In this document: one piece after another, positions 18,620 through 26,812 of the stretch
Layout: each line of letters begins with the position of its first letter
Position numbering within the stretch: the stretch's first letter is position 1
Assembly (NCBI GenBank): GCA_001776545.1
Contig: MFBZ01000016.1
Coordinates: forward strand, 1,088-65,087
Source of the DNA: Candidatus Curtissbacteria bacterium RIFCSPLOWO2_12_FULL_41_16
Lineage (GTDB): Bacteria > Patescibacteriota > Microgenomatia > Curtissbacterales > GWA2-41-24
Reading direction: 5' to 3'
DNA length: 64,000 nt
Program-made: the position numbers and the translations under genes
The notes under the pieces: generated by a model
Told to the model about the DNA's origin: nothing
The model's database searches: none
Seen by the model: only the letters and a program-made list of their open reading frames with translations

Positions 18620-19413
18620 TTTATTTGAAAAGAACTTACCGCCTCTTTTGAAATCAACAATTGATTGTTTTTCAGAACGATGTTTGCATTTAGGTTTTGA
18701 GCGGTTTCAACTGAAACTTGCGAAATGTTACGAGAGGCTAGTTTTACATTTTTTCCGCCAGCCGGCGGATTGGCAGATAGAACTAAAAGCGTGTCGCCTT
18801 TTGCCCGGAGTTTTAAAAGAAGATTGGCAATAATTTTTGTTTTTGGTTCTATTTTTTCGATATTTTGGATAACTTTGATATGACCGGATTTAAATTTGAG
18901 AGAGAGCGAGTGGATTAGAGCTTTGTGTTTCATTTTCTTAGGTAAAGAGAGTTTCACTTCCCGATAGTGCGGCCCAAAGGCCTTTCCCCCGCCAACCCAA
19001 AGCGGTGAACGAATCGATCCGGCTCTGGCCCGACCTGTGCCTTTTTGACGATGCGGTTTTCTTCCACCGCCGCGGACTTCGCTTCGTGTTTTGGTATTAG
19101 CAAAATGTCCAGACTGGTTGGCAAAATAGACCCTGACCGCTTGGGCCAGAAGATTTTGATTGGGAGTTTGGCCAAAAATTTCCTTTGGTAAATTGATTGT
19201 TCCCTGTACTCTGCCTTGAGTATCAAATACTTGAGCTGCCAGTTTTGGTATGGCAAGTTTCTTTTGACTCTTTCGGGGTGAGCTTTCAACTTTCAGACGT
19301 GTTTTGAAAACTCCTTGTCTGGCCTTTTCCGGAGCAATTTTTTTAGGGTCGGCCTTTACGGTTTTTACCTTGATAACTTTTGCTTGTTTTGTGACTTTTG
19401 TTTTTTGCTTCAT
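18616..19413 (-). CDS. rplD: 50S ribosomal protein L4 with N-terminal Lys-rich extension
   Basis: L4 core (GGGRKPHRQKGTGRARAGSIRSPLWVGGG). About 55 extra N-terminal residues if the ATG at 19413 is used. Confidence 0.9.
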   Translation of the reverse strand: MKQKTKVTKQAKVIKVKTVKADPKKIAPEKARQGVFKTRLKVESSPRKSQKKLAIPKLAAQVFDTQGRVQGTINLPKEIFGQTPNQNLLAQAVRVYFANQSGHFANTKTRSEVRGGGRKPHRQKGTGRARAGSIRSPLWVGGGKAFGPHYREVKLSLPKKMKHKALIHSLSLKFKSGHIKVIQNIEKIEPKTKIIANLLLKLRAKGDTLLVLSANPPAGGKNVKLASRNISQVSVETAQNLNANIVLKNNQLLISKEAVSSFQIK

Positions 19414-19442
19414 TTTCTTTACGCTGGCTTTGCAGCCACTGA

Positions 19443-20237
19443 TTATGGCAAATCGGATTGGCCTGATTGCGGTTTCTTCTCTTCTTCCAGTTTCTGGTTG
19501 TCGCCCTTGGCTTGGGCCGCACCAGAATCGGTGCGGGGTGAAGTTGCAGGTTTTTCCTTCGGCTCTTCCTCCTCTTTTGGTGGTGGTTTATAGCCCTTAA
19601 CTTTGCCGGTTTTTTCGATTATTAAAAATCCGTTTTTGACACCCGGCACCGAACCTTTAACGATAAGTTGACTTGCGGCGCTATCAACTTCAATAACCTC
19701 AAGACCTGTAATTGTTAATTTGGCGTGACCCATGTGCCCGGCCATTTTTTTACCTTTATAAACACGGCCTGGTGTTGTAGTCTGGCCAATGGAACCCGGT
19801 GCCCTGTGACGATCACTTTGTCCGTGAGTTTTAGGTCCGCCAGCAAAACCCCATCTTTTGACTGTCCCTGCGAATCCCTTACCGCGAGTGATACCGCAAA
19901 CTTTAACTTGATCACCCGGCTCAAAAATAGAAAGGGTGATTTTGTCGCCAGTTTTGACCACGTCTGACGTGGTTTTGATCTTTTCCGAACCGGTAATCTC
20001 TGCTTGAGCAATTTTGATCTCTCTTTTATACTTTGGGGCAAAGCCCAATGCTGAAATAAAGGCATTCTCAGTTTTTTTGGCCTTCTTTTTTTGACCCAGG
20101 CCAAGCATTATTTGCCCATCTTTTTTTAAAATCACGACATTCGGATCGACCTGGACTACGGTGACGGGTAATCGACGACCAAGTTGATCAAAACGAACAG
20201 ACATTTCCTTTTTAATACCGAGTATTGTAGTTACCAT
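19443..20237 (-). CDS. rplC: 50S ribosomal protein L3 with acidic/Pro-rich C-terminal extension
   Basis: L3 core (GITRGKGFAG..KRWGF.GGP.THGQSDRHRAPGSIG). Confidence 0.95.
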   Translation of the reverse strand: MVTTILGIKKEMSVRFDQLGRRLPVTVVQVDPNVVILKKDGQIMLGLGQKKKAKKTENAFISALGFAPKYKREIKIAQAEITGSEKIKTTSDVVKTGDKITLSIFEPGDQVKVCGITRGKGFAGTVKRWGFAGGPKTHGQSDRHRAPGSIGQTTTPGRVYKGKKMAGHMGHAKLTITGLEVIEVDSAASQLIVKGSVPGVKNGFLIIEKTGKVKGYKPPPKEEEEPKEKPATSPRTDSGAAQAKGDNQKLEEEKKPQSGQSDLP

Positions 20238-20255
20238 CCTAATTTATCCTAATTT
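20238..20255 (-). promoter_or_regulatory. 18-nt element AUUAGGAUAAAUUAGGAU abutting the rplC start codon
   Basis: Identical to the element before rpsM. Confidence 0.5.
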
Positions 20256-20284
20256 TTACCAAAAAGGCAGGACTCCTTAAATTC

Positions 20285-20313
20285 TCCCCAATCGAGTCAG
20301 GCTCGATTGGGGA
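20285..20313 (-). promoter_or_regulatory. 11-bp perfect GC-rich hairpin in the rpsJ-rplC spacer (no U-tract)
   Basis: tccccaatcga-gtcaggc-tcgattgggga. Confidence 0.45.
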
Positions 20314-20502
20314 CCCCGATAAGAAAAATCTCCTATGGAGCTTTCAGGTGTCCTACCGATTAACAAATCGTCAATTGTTGAGCGTTAATTGTTAATGGTT
20401 ATTTTTATTTAATTTTAGCAAGTACCTCCAAATTTTCTGTAATTCTAATCTATCCGAATATAATTAATCCTAATGAATCCGAATATTAGGATAAATTCGC
20501 AT

Positions 20503-20811
20503 TTACATCTTAATTTCGATATCTACCCCCGCGGGAAGATCAAGATGCGTTAGGGAATCAATTGTTTTATTCGTCGGCTCGATAATATCAATAAGCCTCT
20601 TGTGAATGCGCATTTCAAACTGTTCTCTGGCGTCTTTATCGGTATGCGGACTGGTAAGAACAATGAATTTCTCAAACTTTGTCGGCAAAGGAATCGGGCC
20701 GGAAATTTTAGCACCGGTTGACAGTGCCGTGTTGATAATGTCCTTACAGGCCGCATCCATAACCCGTGCGTCGTATGCTTTAAGTTTGACTCGAATTCTA
20801 CCTTTTGGCAT
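20503..20811 (-). CDS. rpsJ: 30S ribosomal protein S10
   Basis: IRVKLKAYD...LD....I...A...[11 protein letters not shown] ... [20 protein letters not shown]. Confidence 0.95.
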   Translation of the reverse strand: MPKGRIRVKLKAYDARVMDAACKDIINTALSTGAKISGPIPLPTKFEKFIVLTSPHTDKDAREQFEMRIHKRLIDIIEPTNKTIDSLTHLDLPAGVDIEIKM

Positions 20812-20959
20812 GGTTTTTCTTTTAATGTGCTATTTAATTTTGTGTCCGTTATTTGCTTTCAGCTTAACCTAACGGTTTTGTACTTAAATGCCTTGCTTTA
20901 AAACCAATTGTGACTCCGGTTTTAGGGTATCGGAATTCCTTAATAACAGGTTATATAAG

Positions 20960-20980
20960 GTCCTGAAATGAGTTCAGGAC
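20960..20980 (-). promoter_or_regulatory. perfect 8-bp hairpin in the S10-operon leader
   Basis: gtcctgaa-atgag-ttcaggac, about 150 nt upstream of the rpsJ ATG. Confidence 0.35.
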
Positions 20981-21118
20981 GACCATAATGTTGATTGAGC
21001 GATAAGAGCCGAGAAGTTTCTTTATTACTCTAAGCGGTTAGGCTTGAAGCTTAAACTTGTTGATTTCATATATTGGTTCTCGACTTCGCTCCAGAATAAC
21101 AATAATTACCAATTGTAT

Positions 21119-21152
21119 CAAAAAAAATCCCCCTTGAGCAACTCTTGGGGGA
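21119..21152 (-). terminator. rho-independent terminator downstream of tuf
   Basis: On the minus transcript, UCCCCCAAGAGUUGCUCAAGGGGGA (5 bp + 3 bp interrupted stem) followed by U9. Lies 13 nt after the tuf stop. Confidence 0.6.
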
Positions 21153-21164
21153 AGTTCATTGCGC

Positions 21165-22346
21165 TTAGGCAATAATTTTAGCAACGACTCCGGCGCCAAC
21201 AGTATGGCCGCCTTCGCGAACTGCAAACCTAAGTCCTTCTTCCATGGCGACGGGCACAATCAATTTTACCTTCATTTTGGTGTTATCACCAGGCATGACC
21301 ATTTCGGTACCCTCCGGCAAAGTCGCTTCACCGGTGACATCAGTCGTCCTGACATAAAACTGTGGTCTGTACCCTGTGAAAAATGGGGTATGTCTGCCAC
21401 CTTCTTCTTTGGTTAAGACATAAACTTCTGCCTCAAATTCGGTATGAGGAGTGGTTGAGCCGGGTTTGGCTAAAACTTGACCTCGCTCAACATCATCTTT
21501 CTCGATTCCTCGAAGTAAAACGCCGATATTGTCACCAGCCTGACCTTGATCAAGCTCTTTTCTGAACATTTCAACGCCGGTGACAATCGTTTTTTTAGTG
21601 GGCCGAATGCCGATTATTTCAACCTCATCATTGACCTTAACAACTCCCCGCTCGACTCTTCCGGTAACGACCGTGCCGCGACCTTTTATGGAGAAAACAT
21701 CTTCAACTGGCATTAAGAATGGTTTATCAAGGTCTCGAGTCGGGGTCGGAATTTTTTCATCAACCGCAGCCATTAAGTCTTCGATTGCTTTGGTGGCTTC
21801 GGAATCACCTTCAAGGGCCTTTTTGGCAGAACCGCGGATGATGGTGGCGTTTTTGCCGTCGTATTGATATTTGTCTAAAAGTTCGCGAACTTCAAGTTCA
21901 ACGAGGTCTAAAAGTTCGGGATCGGAAACCATATCGACTTTATTCAAGAAAACGACAATTGCCGGAACATTGACTTGACGGGCCAGAAGAACGTGTTCTC
22001 TTGTTTGGGGCATGGGACCGTCAGGAGCTGAAACAACTAAAATTGCGCCATCCATTTGAGCGGCTCCGGTGATCATGTTCTTGATGTAGTCGGCATGACC
22101 GGGAGCATCGATATGGGCGTAATGCCGTTTTTCGGTTTCGTATTCGACATGGGTAATATTGATAGTGATTCCACGCTGTTTTTCTTCAGGGGCATTGTCA
22201 ATCTGATCAAAGGACTTGGCCTGAGCCAGACCTTTTTTGGAAAGGACTTGGGTGATCGCGCTGGTTAGCGTGGTTTTACCATGGTCAACATGACCAATGG
22301 TTCCGATATTAACATGTGGTTTTGTTCTTTCGAATTTTTCGGCCAT
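21165..22346 (-). CDS. tuf: elongation factor Tu
   Basis: [23 protein letters not shown]-domain motifs plus domains 2 and 3. Start trimmed to [11 protein letters not shown]. Confidence 0.95.
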   Translation of the reverse strand: MAEKFERTKPHVNIGTIGHVDHGKTTLTSAITQVLSKKGLAQAKSFDQIDNAPEEKQRGITINITHVEYETEKRHYAHIDAPGHADYIKNMITGAAQMDGAILVVSAPDGPMPQTREHVLLARQVNVPAIVVFLNKVDMVSDPELLDLVELEVRELLDKYQYDGKNATIIRGSAKKALEGDSEATKAIEDLMAAVDEKIPTPTRDLDKPFLMPVEDVFSIKGRGTVVTGRVERGVVKVNDEVEIIGIRPTKKTIVTGVEMFRKELDQGQAGDNIGVLLRGIEKDDVERGQVLAKPGSTTPHTEFEAEVYVLTKEEGGRHTPFFTGYRPQFYVRTTDVTGEATLPEGTEMVMPGDNTKMKVKLIVPVAMEEGLRFAVREGGHTVGAGVVAKIIA

Positions 22347-22511
22347 ATTACCTTTAGGGAACAACTAAGATAAACCCCTTTGATCGTAAACAAATAATAA
22401 TATCAGTTTTAGTCACAATAAATGCGACTTCTCTGGCAGGCGGAGCAACTGATATTTGATCGATAGTTTATACGATTAGCGCAACAAAATGCAAGTAGTA
22501 AAATTCTTTAA

Positions 22512-24647
22512 CTAACTTTCTTTAACATTACCCTTAACCTTGGCAACAATTTTATCGGCAATATTTTGCGGCACTTCCTCGTAGTGAGACGGTTCCATGT
22601 ACGCCGAACCTCTACCTTGGGTCATCGAACGAAGTGTAGTTACGTATCCTGACATTTCGGAAAGAGGAACAAGAGCGGTAATAATAACACTGTTTGCCCG
22701 ATGTCCACTTGAGAGTATTTGCGCACGTTTTGCGGAAAGATCACCAATGACATCACCCATGAATTCTTCCGGAATGGTGACTTCAACTTTCATAATAGGT
22801 TCTAAAAGACAAAGATTGGCACGTTTAACGGCCTCTTCTAGAGCTAATGATCCGGCGATTTTAAAGGCAATATCGGAGGAATCAACATCATGATAACTAC
22901 CGTCATAGACCGCTACTTTCATGTCAACTATTGGATATCCGGCCAGAACTCCTATATCCATCTTTTCGCGAACGCCTTTCTGGATTGAAGAAATAAATTC
23001 TTGGGGAATGGCTCCACCTCTAATCTCGGAAACGAATTGGAATCCCTCTCCACGTCCCATGGGTTCAACTCTTAAAAAGCAATGACCATATTGTCCACGG
23101 CCTCCGGTTTGCCTAATGTATTTACCTTCGGCTGTGGCAGTATTTTTGATTGTTTCCCTGTAGGCAACTTGGGGGCTGCCAACATTGGCTGCCACTCTAA
23201 ATTCCCGGTGCATTCTGTCTACTAAAATTTCCAGGTGCAGCTCGCCCATGCCCGAGATAATGGTTTGGCCGGTTTCCAAATCGCTTTTGATGCGGAAAGT
23301 TGGATCTTCTTCTGAAAGTCGCGACAGGGCATAACCAAGTTTTTCTTGGTCGGCTTTAGTTTGCGGTTCGATAGCCAGCGAGATTACCGGTTCGGGAAAG
23401 GAGATTGATTCCAAAATGATTGGTGCTAACCCATCACATAAGGTGTCACCAGTGGCCGTATTTTTAAGCCCAACAACGACAATAATTTCTCCGGCGTAAG
23501 CTTCTGGAATTTCTTCTCTGGCGTTGGCATGCATTAAAAGAATTCGGCTGATTCTCTCCTGATCATTCTTGACGCTATTTGCAACCGAGGTTCCGGATTT
23601 CAATTTGCCAGAGTAGACCCGTAAGTAGGTAAGTTTACCGACATGGGGATCGACTTGGATTTTAAAGGCAAGGGCTGCAAAGGGCGCTTCTATAACTTGT
23701 TTGCGGATTTCTTTTTGGTTCGTTTTAGGATTAATGCCTTCGACCTTTTCGATATCTACCGGGGAGGGTAAATACTGGACAACAGCATCCAAGAGTGGTT
23801 GTACTCCTTTGTTTCGAAGACTTGAACCTGCCATTACAGGAACTATTTTATAATCAATAACCGCACGTCTTAAGGCTTTTTTAAGATCGTTAATATCAAG
23901 TTCTTCCTGTGCCAGGTATTTCACAAGAAGCGCCTCATCAGTTTCAACTATTTTTTCGATAAGCTCATGACGATATTTTTCGACCTTTTCTTTTTCTGTG
24001 GGGGGTATTGGAGTTTCAACAAACTTGGCACCATATGGATCAGTTTCATCCCAAACATACGCTTTCTGATCAAATAAATCGATTATTCCCTTGAAGTCGC
24101 TTTCTGCACCTAAGGGTAAATTAATAGGGTAAGCCGGAGCACCTAATCTTTTTTTGATTGAAGCGAGTGTGGCAAAAAAGTCAGCGCCAATCTTATCCAT
24201 TTTGTTAACAAAACAGATTCTTGGAACCTTATACTTATCCGCTTGGCGCCAAACAGTTTCTGATTGTGATTGAACACCTTCTTCGGCATCAAGAACCGTA
24301 ACTCCTCCATCCAAAACACGCAGTGATCTTTCGACTTCAGCGGTAAAATCAACGTGGCCGGGGGTGTCAATGAGATTGATTCTTGCGGGGATATTGGCAA
24401 ACGGACCTTGTTTTGGGGTCCAAAAGGTAGTAATGGCGGCGGAAACAATGGTTATACCTCTTTCTTTTTCCTGAGCCATCCAATCGGTGACGGTAGTACC
24501 CTCATCGATATTACCAAGCTTATAGGTTCTGCCAGTGTAATAAAGAATGCGTTCGGTAGTGGTCGTTTTGCCAGCATCAATGTGGGCAATAATGCCGATG
24601 TTTCTGATTTGTTCGAGTGGATAGAGTCGTGATTTATTAGTCGCCAT
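22512..24647 (-). CDS. fusA: elongation factor G
   Basis: AHIDAGKTT, DTPGHVDF, NKMD and EF-G domains III-V. 711 aa. Confidence 0.95.
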   Translation of the reverse strand: MATNKSRLYPLEQIRNIGIIAHIDAGKTTTTERILYYTGRTYKLGNIDEGTTVTDWMAQEKERGITIVSAAITTFWTPKQGPFANIPARINLIDTPGHVDFTAEVERSLRVLDGGVTVLDAEEGVQSQSETVWRQADKYKVPRICFVNKMDKIGADFFATLASIKKRLGAPAYPINLPLGAESDFKGIIDLFDQKAYVWDETDPYGAKFVETPIPPTEKEKVEKYRHELIEKIVETDEALLVKYLAQEELDINDLKKALRRAVIDYKIVPVMAGSSLRNKGVQPLLDAVVQYLPSPVDIEKVEGINPKTNQKEIRKQVIEAPFAALAFKIQVDPHVGKLTYLRVYSGKLKSGTSVANSVKNDQERISRILLMHANAREEIPEAYAGEIIVVVGLKNTATGDTLCDGLAPIILESISFPEPVISLAIEPQTKADQEKLGYALSRLSEEDPTFRIKSDLETGQTIISGMGELHLEILVDRMHREFRVAANVGSPQVAYRETIKNTATAEGKYIRQTGGRGQYGHCFLRVEPMGRGEGFQFVSEIRGGAIPQEFISSIQKGVREKMDIGVLAGYPIVDMKVAVYDGSYHDVDSSDIAFKIAGSLALEEAVKRANLCLLEPIMKVEVTIPEEFMGDVIGDLSAKRAQILSSGHRANSVIITALVPLSEMSGYVTTLRSMTQGRGSAYMEPSHYEEVPQNIADKIVAKVKGNVKES

Positions 24648-24662
24648 TTTAAATTTGATAGA

Positions 24663-24944
24663 TTATTTTGAATTTTCGCCAGATGGCGGATCGTTAGTTG
24701 GGGCTGGAGATGGAGGGTGTTTCAGGTTTTTAATTTCTGTTTTTATTCCGGTAATCATTGCCCGAAGAACAGAGACTTCTTCATCGGCAAGTTCCCAAGC
24801 AGCATTTTCATTCCAGTTAGAAGTTGACTCCTGGTATGCTTGACCATATTTGGCTAAAGCTTCCTTGAGTTTAACTTCTTCAAGCTCTTTAAGCCGTTTC
24901 TTAAGATCTCTTAATTTTTGAGCTTTTGTTTGGATTTCTCTCAT
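24663..24944 (-). CDS. hypothetical coiled-coil protein inserted between rpsG and fusA
   Basis: 93-aa ORF. Lys/Glu-rich heptad-like N-terminal half, Pro-rich C-terminus. No SD sequence visible. Confidence 0.4.
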   Translation of the reverse strand: MREIQTKAQKLRDLKKRLKELEEVKLKEALAKYGQAYQESTSNWNENAAWELADEEVSVLRAMITGIKTEIKNLKHPPSPAPTNDPPSGENSK

Positions 24945-25139
24945 TCTAATTGTTATCTTATTATTATATACACAAACTCCTTCAATAATTAAAGAGATTT
25001 AAATTGTTGAAGAGTGTTTAGAAAACTAAGCGGGAATTATATCAGCAGATTGTGCTTCTTGGCAAGTTAAGGCGCTCCTTGTGATACATCAACCCTAATT
25101 GTTTTGCGAGCTTCCTGATATTTTCTCAGTGAACTTCGT

Positions 25140-25634
25140 TCACCATCGAAAATGGGCGAAGGCCTTGTTCGCTTCGGCCATACGGTGCATTTCTTCTTTC
25201 TTGGCAACCGCTCTACCATGGCCTTCGGCGGCTTCCAATATTTCTGTTGCCAGCTTTGAGATGATTAATGGTTTGTTCTTGAGTTTTTCTACTTCTTTGA
25301 CAGAACGACCTTGGGCCGCGGCGACTAACCAAGTGAGAGCCAGTGATTGTCTTCGAAAACTCCTAACTTCCATTGGTACCATATAGGAGGCTCCCCCAAC
25401 CCGTCTTGGCCTAACTTCTATCTTTGGGGTAATATTTTCGAGGGCTTTTTCAAAGGTTCTTAAAGGATCTTGGCCTTTTTCTCTAATTTTTTCAAAGGCT
25501 TCATAAACAATTTTGGCGGCCAAAGATTTTTTACCGCTTATCATAAGCTTATTGATAAGCTTGGCAATGGTTGGGTTTTGGAAAATAGGATCCGGTTTGA
25601 TTTGTCTTTTTTCGACTCTTCCTGTTCTAGGCAC
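25140..25634 (-). CDS. rpsG: 30S ribosomal protein S7
   Basis: S7 family (KLMISGKKS.A..I...A....E..RR.GGA.Y.VP.EV). Confidence 0.95.
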   Translation of the reverse strand: MPRTGRVEKRQIKPDPIFQNPTIAKLINKLMISGKKSLAAKIVYEAFEKIREKGQDPLRTFEKALENITPKIEVRPRRVGGASYMVPMEVRSFRRQSLALTWLVAAAQGRSVKEVEKLKNKPLIISKLATEILEAAEGHGRAVAKKEEMHRMAEANKAFAHFRW

Positions 25635-25694
25635 AGCAACGCTCCCTTCGGTCGCAAGTGATAAGTGATAAGTTTTGGAAATTCGACATTTTAA

Positions 25695-26174
25695 TTATTC
25701 AATCGGTTGGGCTTGGGATGCAACGGCGGCGCCAACAGTGGTTGCAGCTTGAGCGCCTGTGACTGCCCCTGACTTTTTGGTGCCGTAAAGTGAACGGCCC
25801 TTTCGTCTTCCGGCCACGCCAGTCGTATCGTATTTCCCACGAATTATGTGGTATTTGACTCCAGGTAAGTCCTTAACACGGCCGCCACGAATTAAAACAA
25901 CGGAGTGTTCGGCAAGTTCATGGCCAATCCCCGGAACATAAGCTGTAACTTCTTGTTTATTGGACAGGCGAACACGGGCTACTTTTCTTAAAGCCGAATT
26001 AGGTTTTTTGGGCGTCATGGTTTTGACGATGACGCAGACACCTCTCTTTTGACCAGAAGGATAATAAACATAACGATTGACACGATTATTGAACGCACGA
26101 CGCAGCGCTGTTGCCCTAATTCTTTTGGGTTTTGACTTTCTGCCTTTTCTAATAAGTTGATTTACTGTTGGCAT
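25695..26174 (-). CDS. rpsL: 30S ribosomal protein S12 with ~12-aa internal insertion and Ala/Gly-rich C-terminal tail
   Basis: [16 protein letters not shown]...[18 protein letters not shown] core. An insertion ([15 protein letters not shown]) precedes QKRGVC. Confidence 0.95.
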   Translation of the reverse strand: MPTVNQLIRKGRKSKPKRIRATALRRAFNNRVNRYVYYPSGQKRGVCVIVKTMTPKKPNSALRKVARVRLSNKQEVTAYVPGIGHELAEHSVVLIRGGRVKDLPGVKYHIIRGKYDTTGVAGRRKGRSLYGTKKSGAVTGAQAATTVGAAVASQAQPIE

Positions 26175-26229
26175 AAAATTACCTCAAGTTTCAAGTTTAA
26201 ATTGTAAAGATAAAAATTACAATCTTTGA

Positions 26230-26257
26230 ATTATAGCAAAATCGGGGTAGATTGCAA
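26230..26257 (-). promoter_or_regulatory. sigma70-like promoter for rpsL-rpsG(-fusA-tuf)
   Basis: On the minus strand, TTGCAA-16 nt-TATAAT lies about 55 nt upstream of the rpsL ATG. Confidence 0.5.
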
Positions 26258-26288
26258 GCTAGGTAGGAGTTATTGGGTATCAATTCTT

Positions 26289-26756
26289 TTAAAAAAGGCC
26301 GAGGACGATCAGCTCTTGGTGGGGTTCCTTATACCACTCGGCGATCACCTTTAATTCCAATTCAGCAAAGTCCGTCTGACCTGTATTTAAAAATCTATGC
26401 CTGACTGGAAGAGTGGGTTTAAGCCTATCTGAAAGATGGCCTACAGCTTCAGAAACAGACCTGGTTGTTTCATCGCAAGACTTGCTCCCTTTTTCTATCG
26501 GCGTAATTACTTCTGCGAGCAGCGTGCTCCCACACCTAGGATAGTTAGAAATCAGAAAAGCCACACCAGCTACTCTGGGAAGAGTCTGGAGTTTGTTTAA
26601 AAAATCCTTTACCGGTTCAGAAATGGGATCGGGGTTATCCCCAATCTCACAGAGCCGCTCGGCAACAATTCCGGCTAACTCTACTGAGAATTCCTCAGGT
26701 GACGCAAGGTACTCCTCCTCGCCGCCGTTTCCTCCTGATTGCCACTCTTTTGCCAT
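26289..26756 (-). CDS. hypothetical Cys-containing protein between rpoC and rpsL (GC-rich relative to flanks)
   Basis: 155-aa ORF. Four Cys residues (LCEIG / YPRCGS / SKSCDE). No recognised domain. Confidence 0.45.
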   Translation of the reverse strand: MAKEWQSGGNGGEEEYLASPEEFSVELAGIVAERLCEIGDNPDPISEPVKDFLNKLQTLPRVAGVAFLISNYPRCGSTLLAEVITPIEKGSKSCDETTRSVSEAVGHLSDRLKPTLPVRHRFLNTGQTDFAELELKVIAEWYKEPHQELIVLGLF

Positions 26757-26812
26757 GGTTGCAACTCAGCTTAATTCTAGCAAAAATTTTAAGTTCTGAG
26801 AATCTTGGAATC

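Noticed and set aside
20812-22511. tRNA genes expected near tuf (the tRNA-Thr/Tyr/Gly cluster of many bacteria)
   Set aside because: No T-loop GGTTCGAnTCC-like sequence or cloverleaf-compatible arms were found by eye in the tuf-rpsJ or fusA-tuf spacers. A computational tRNAscan could still be run.
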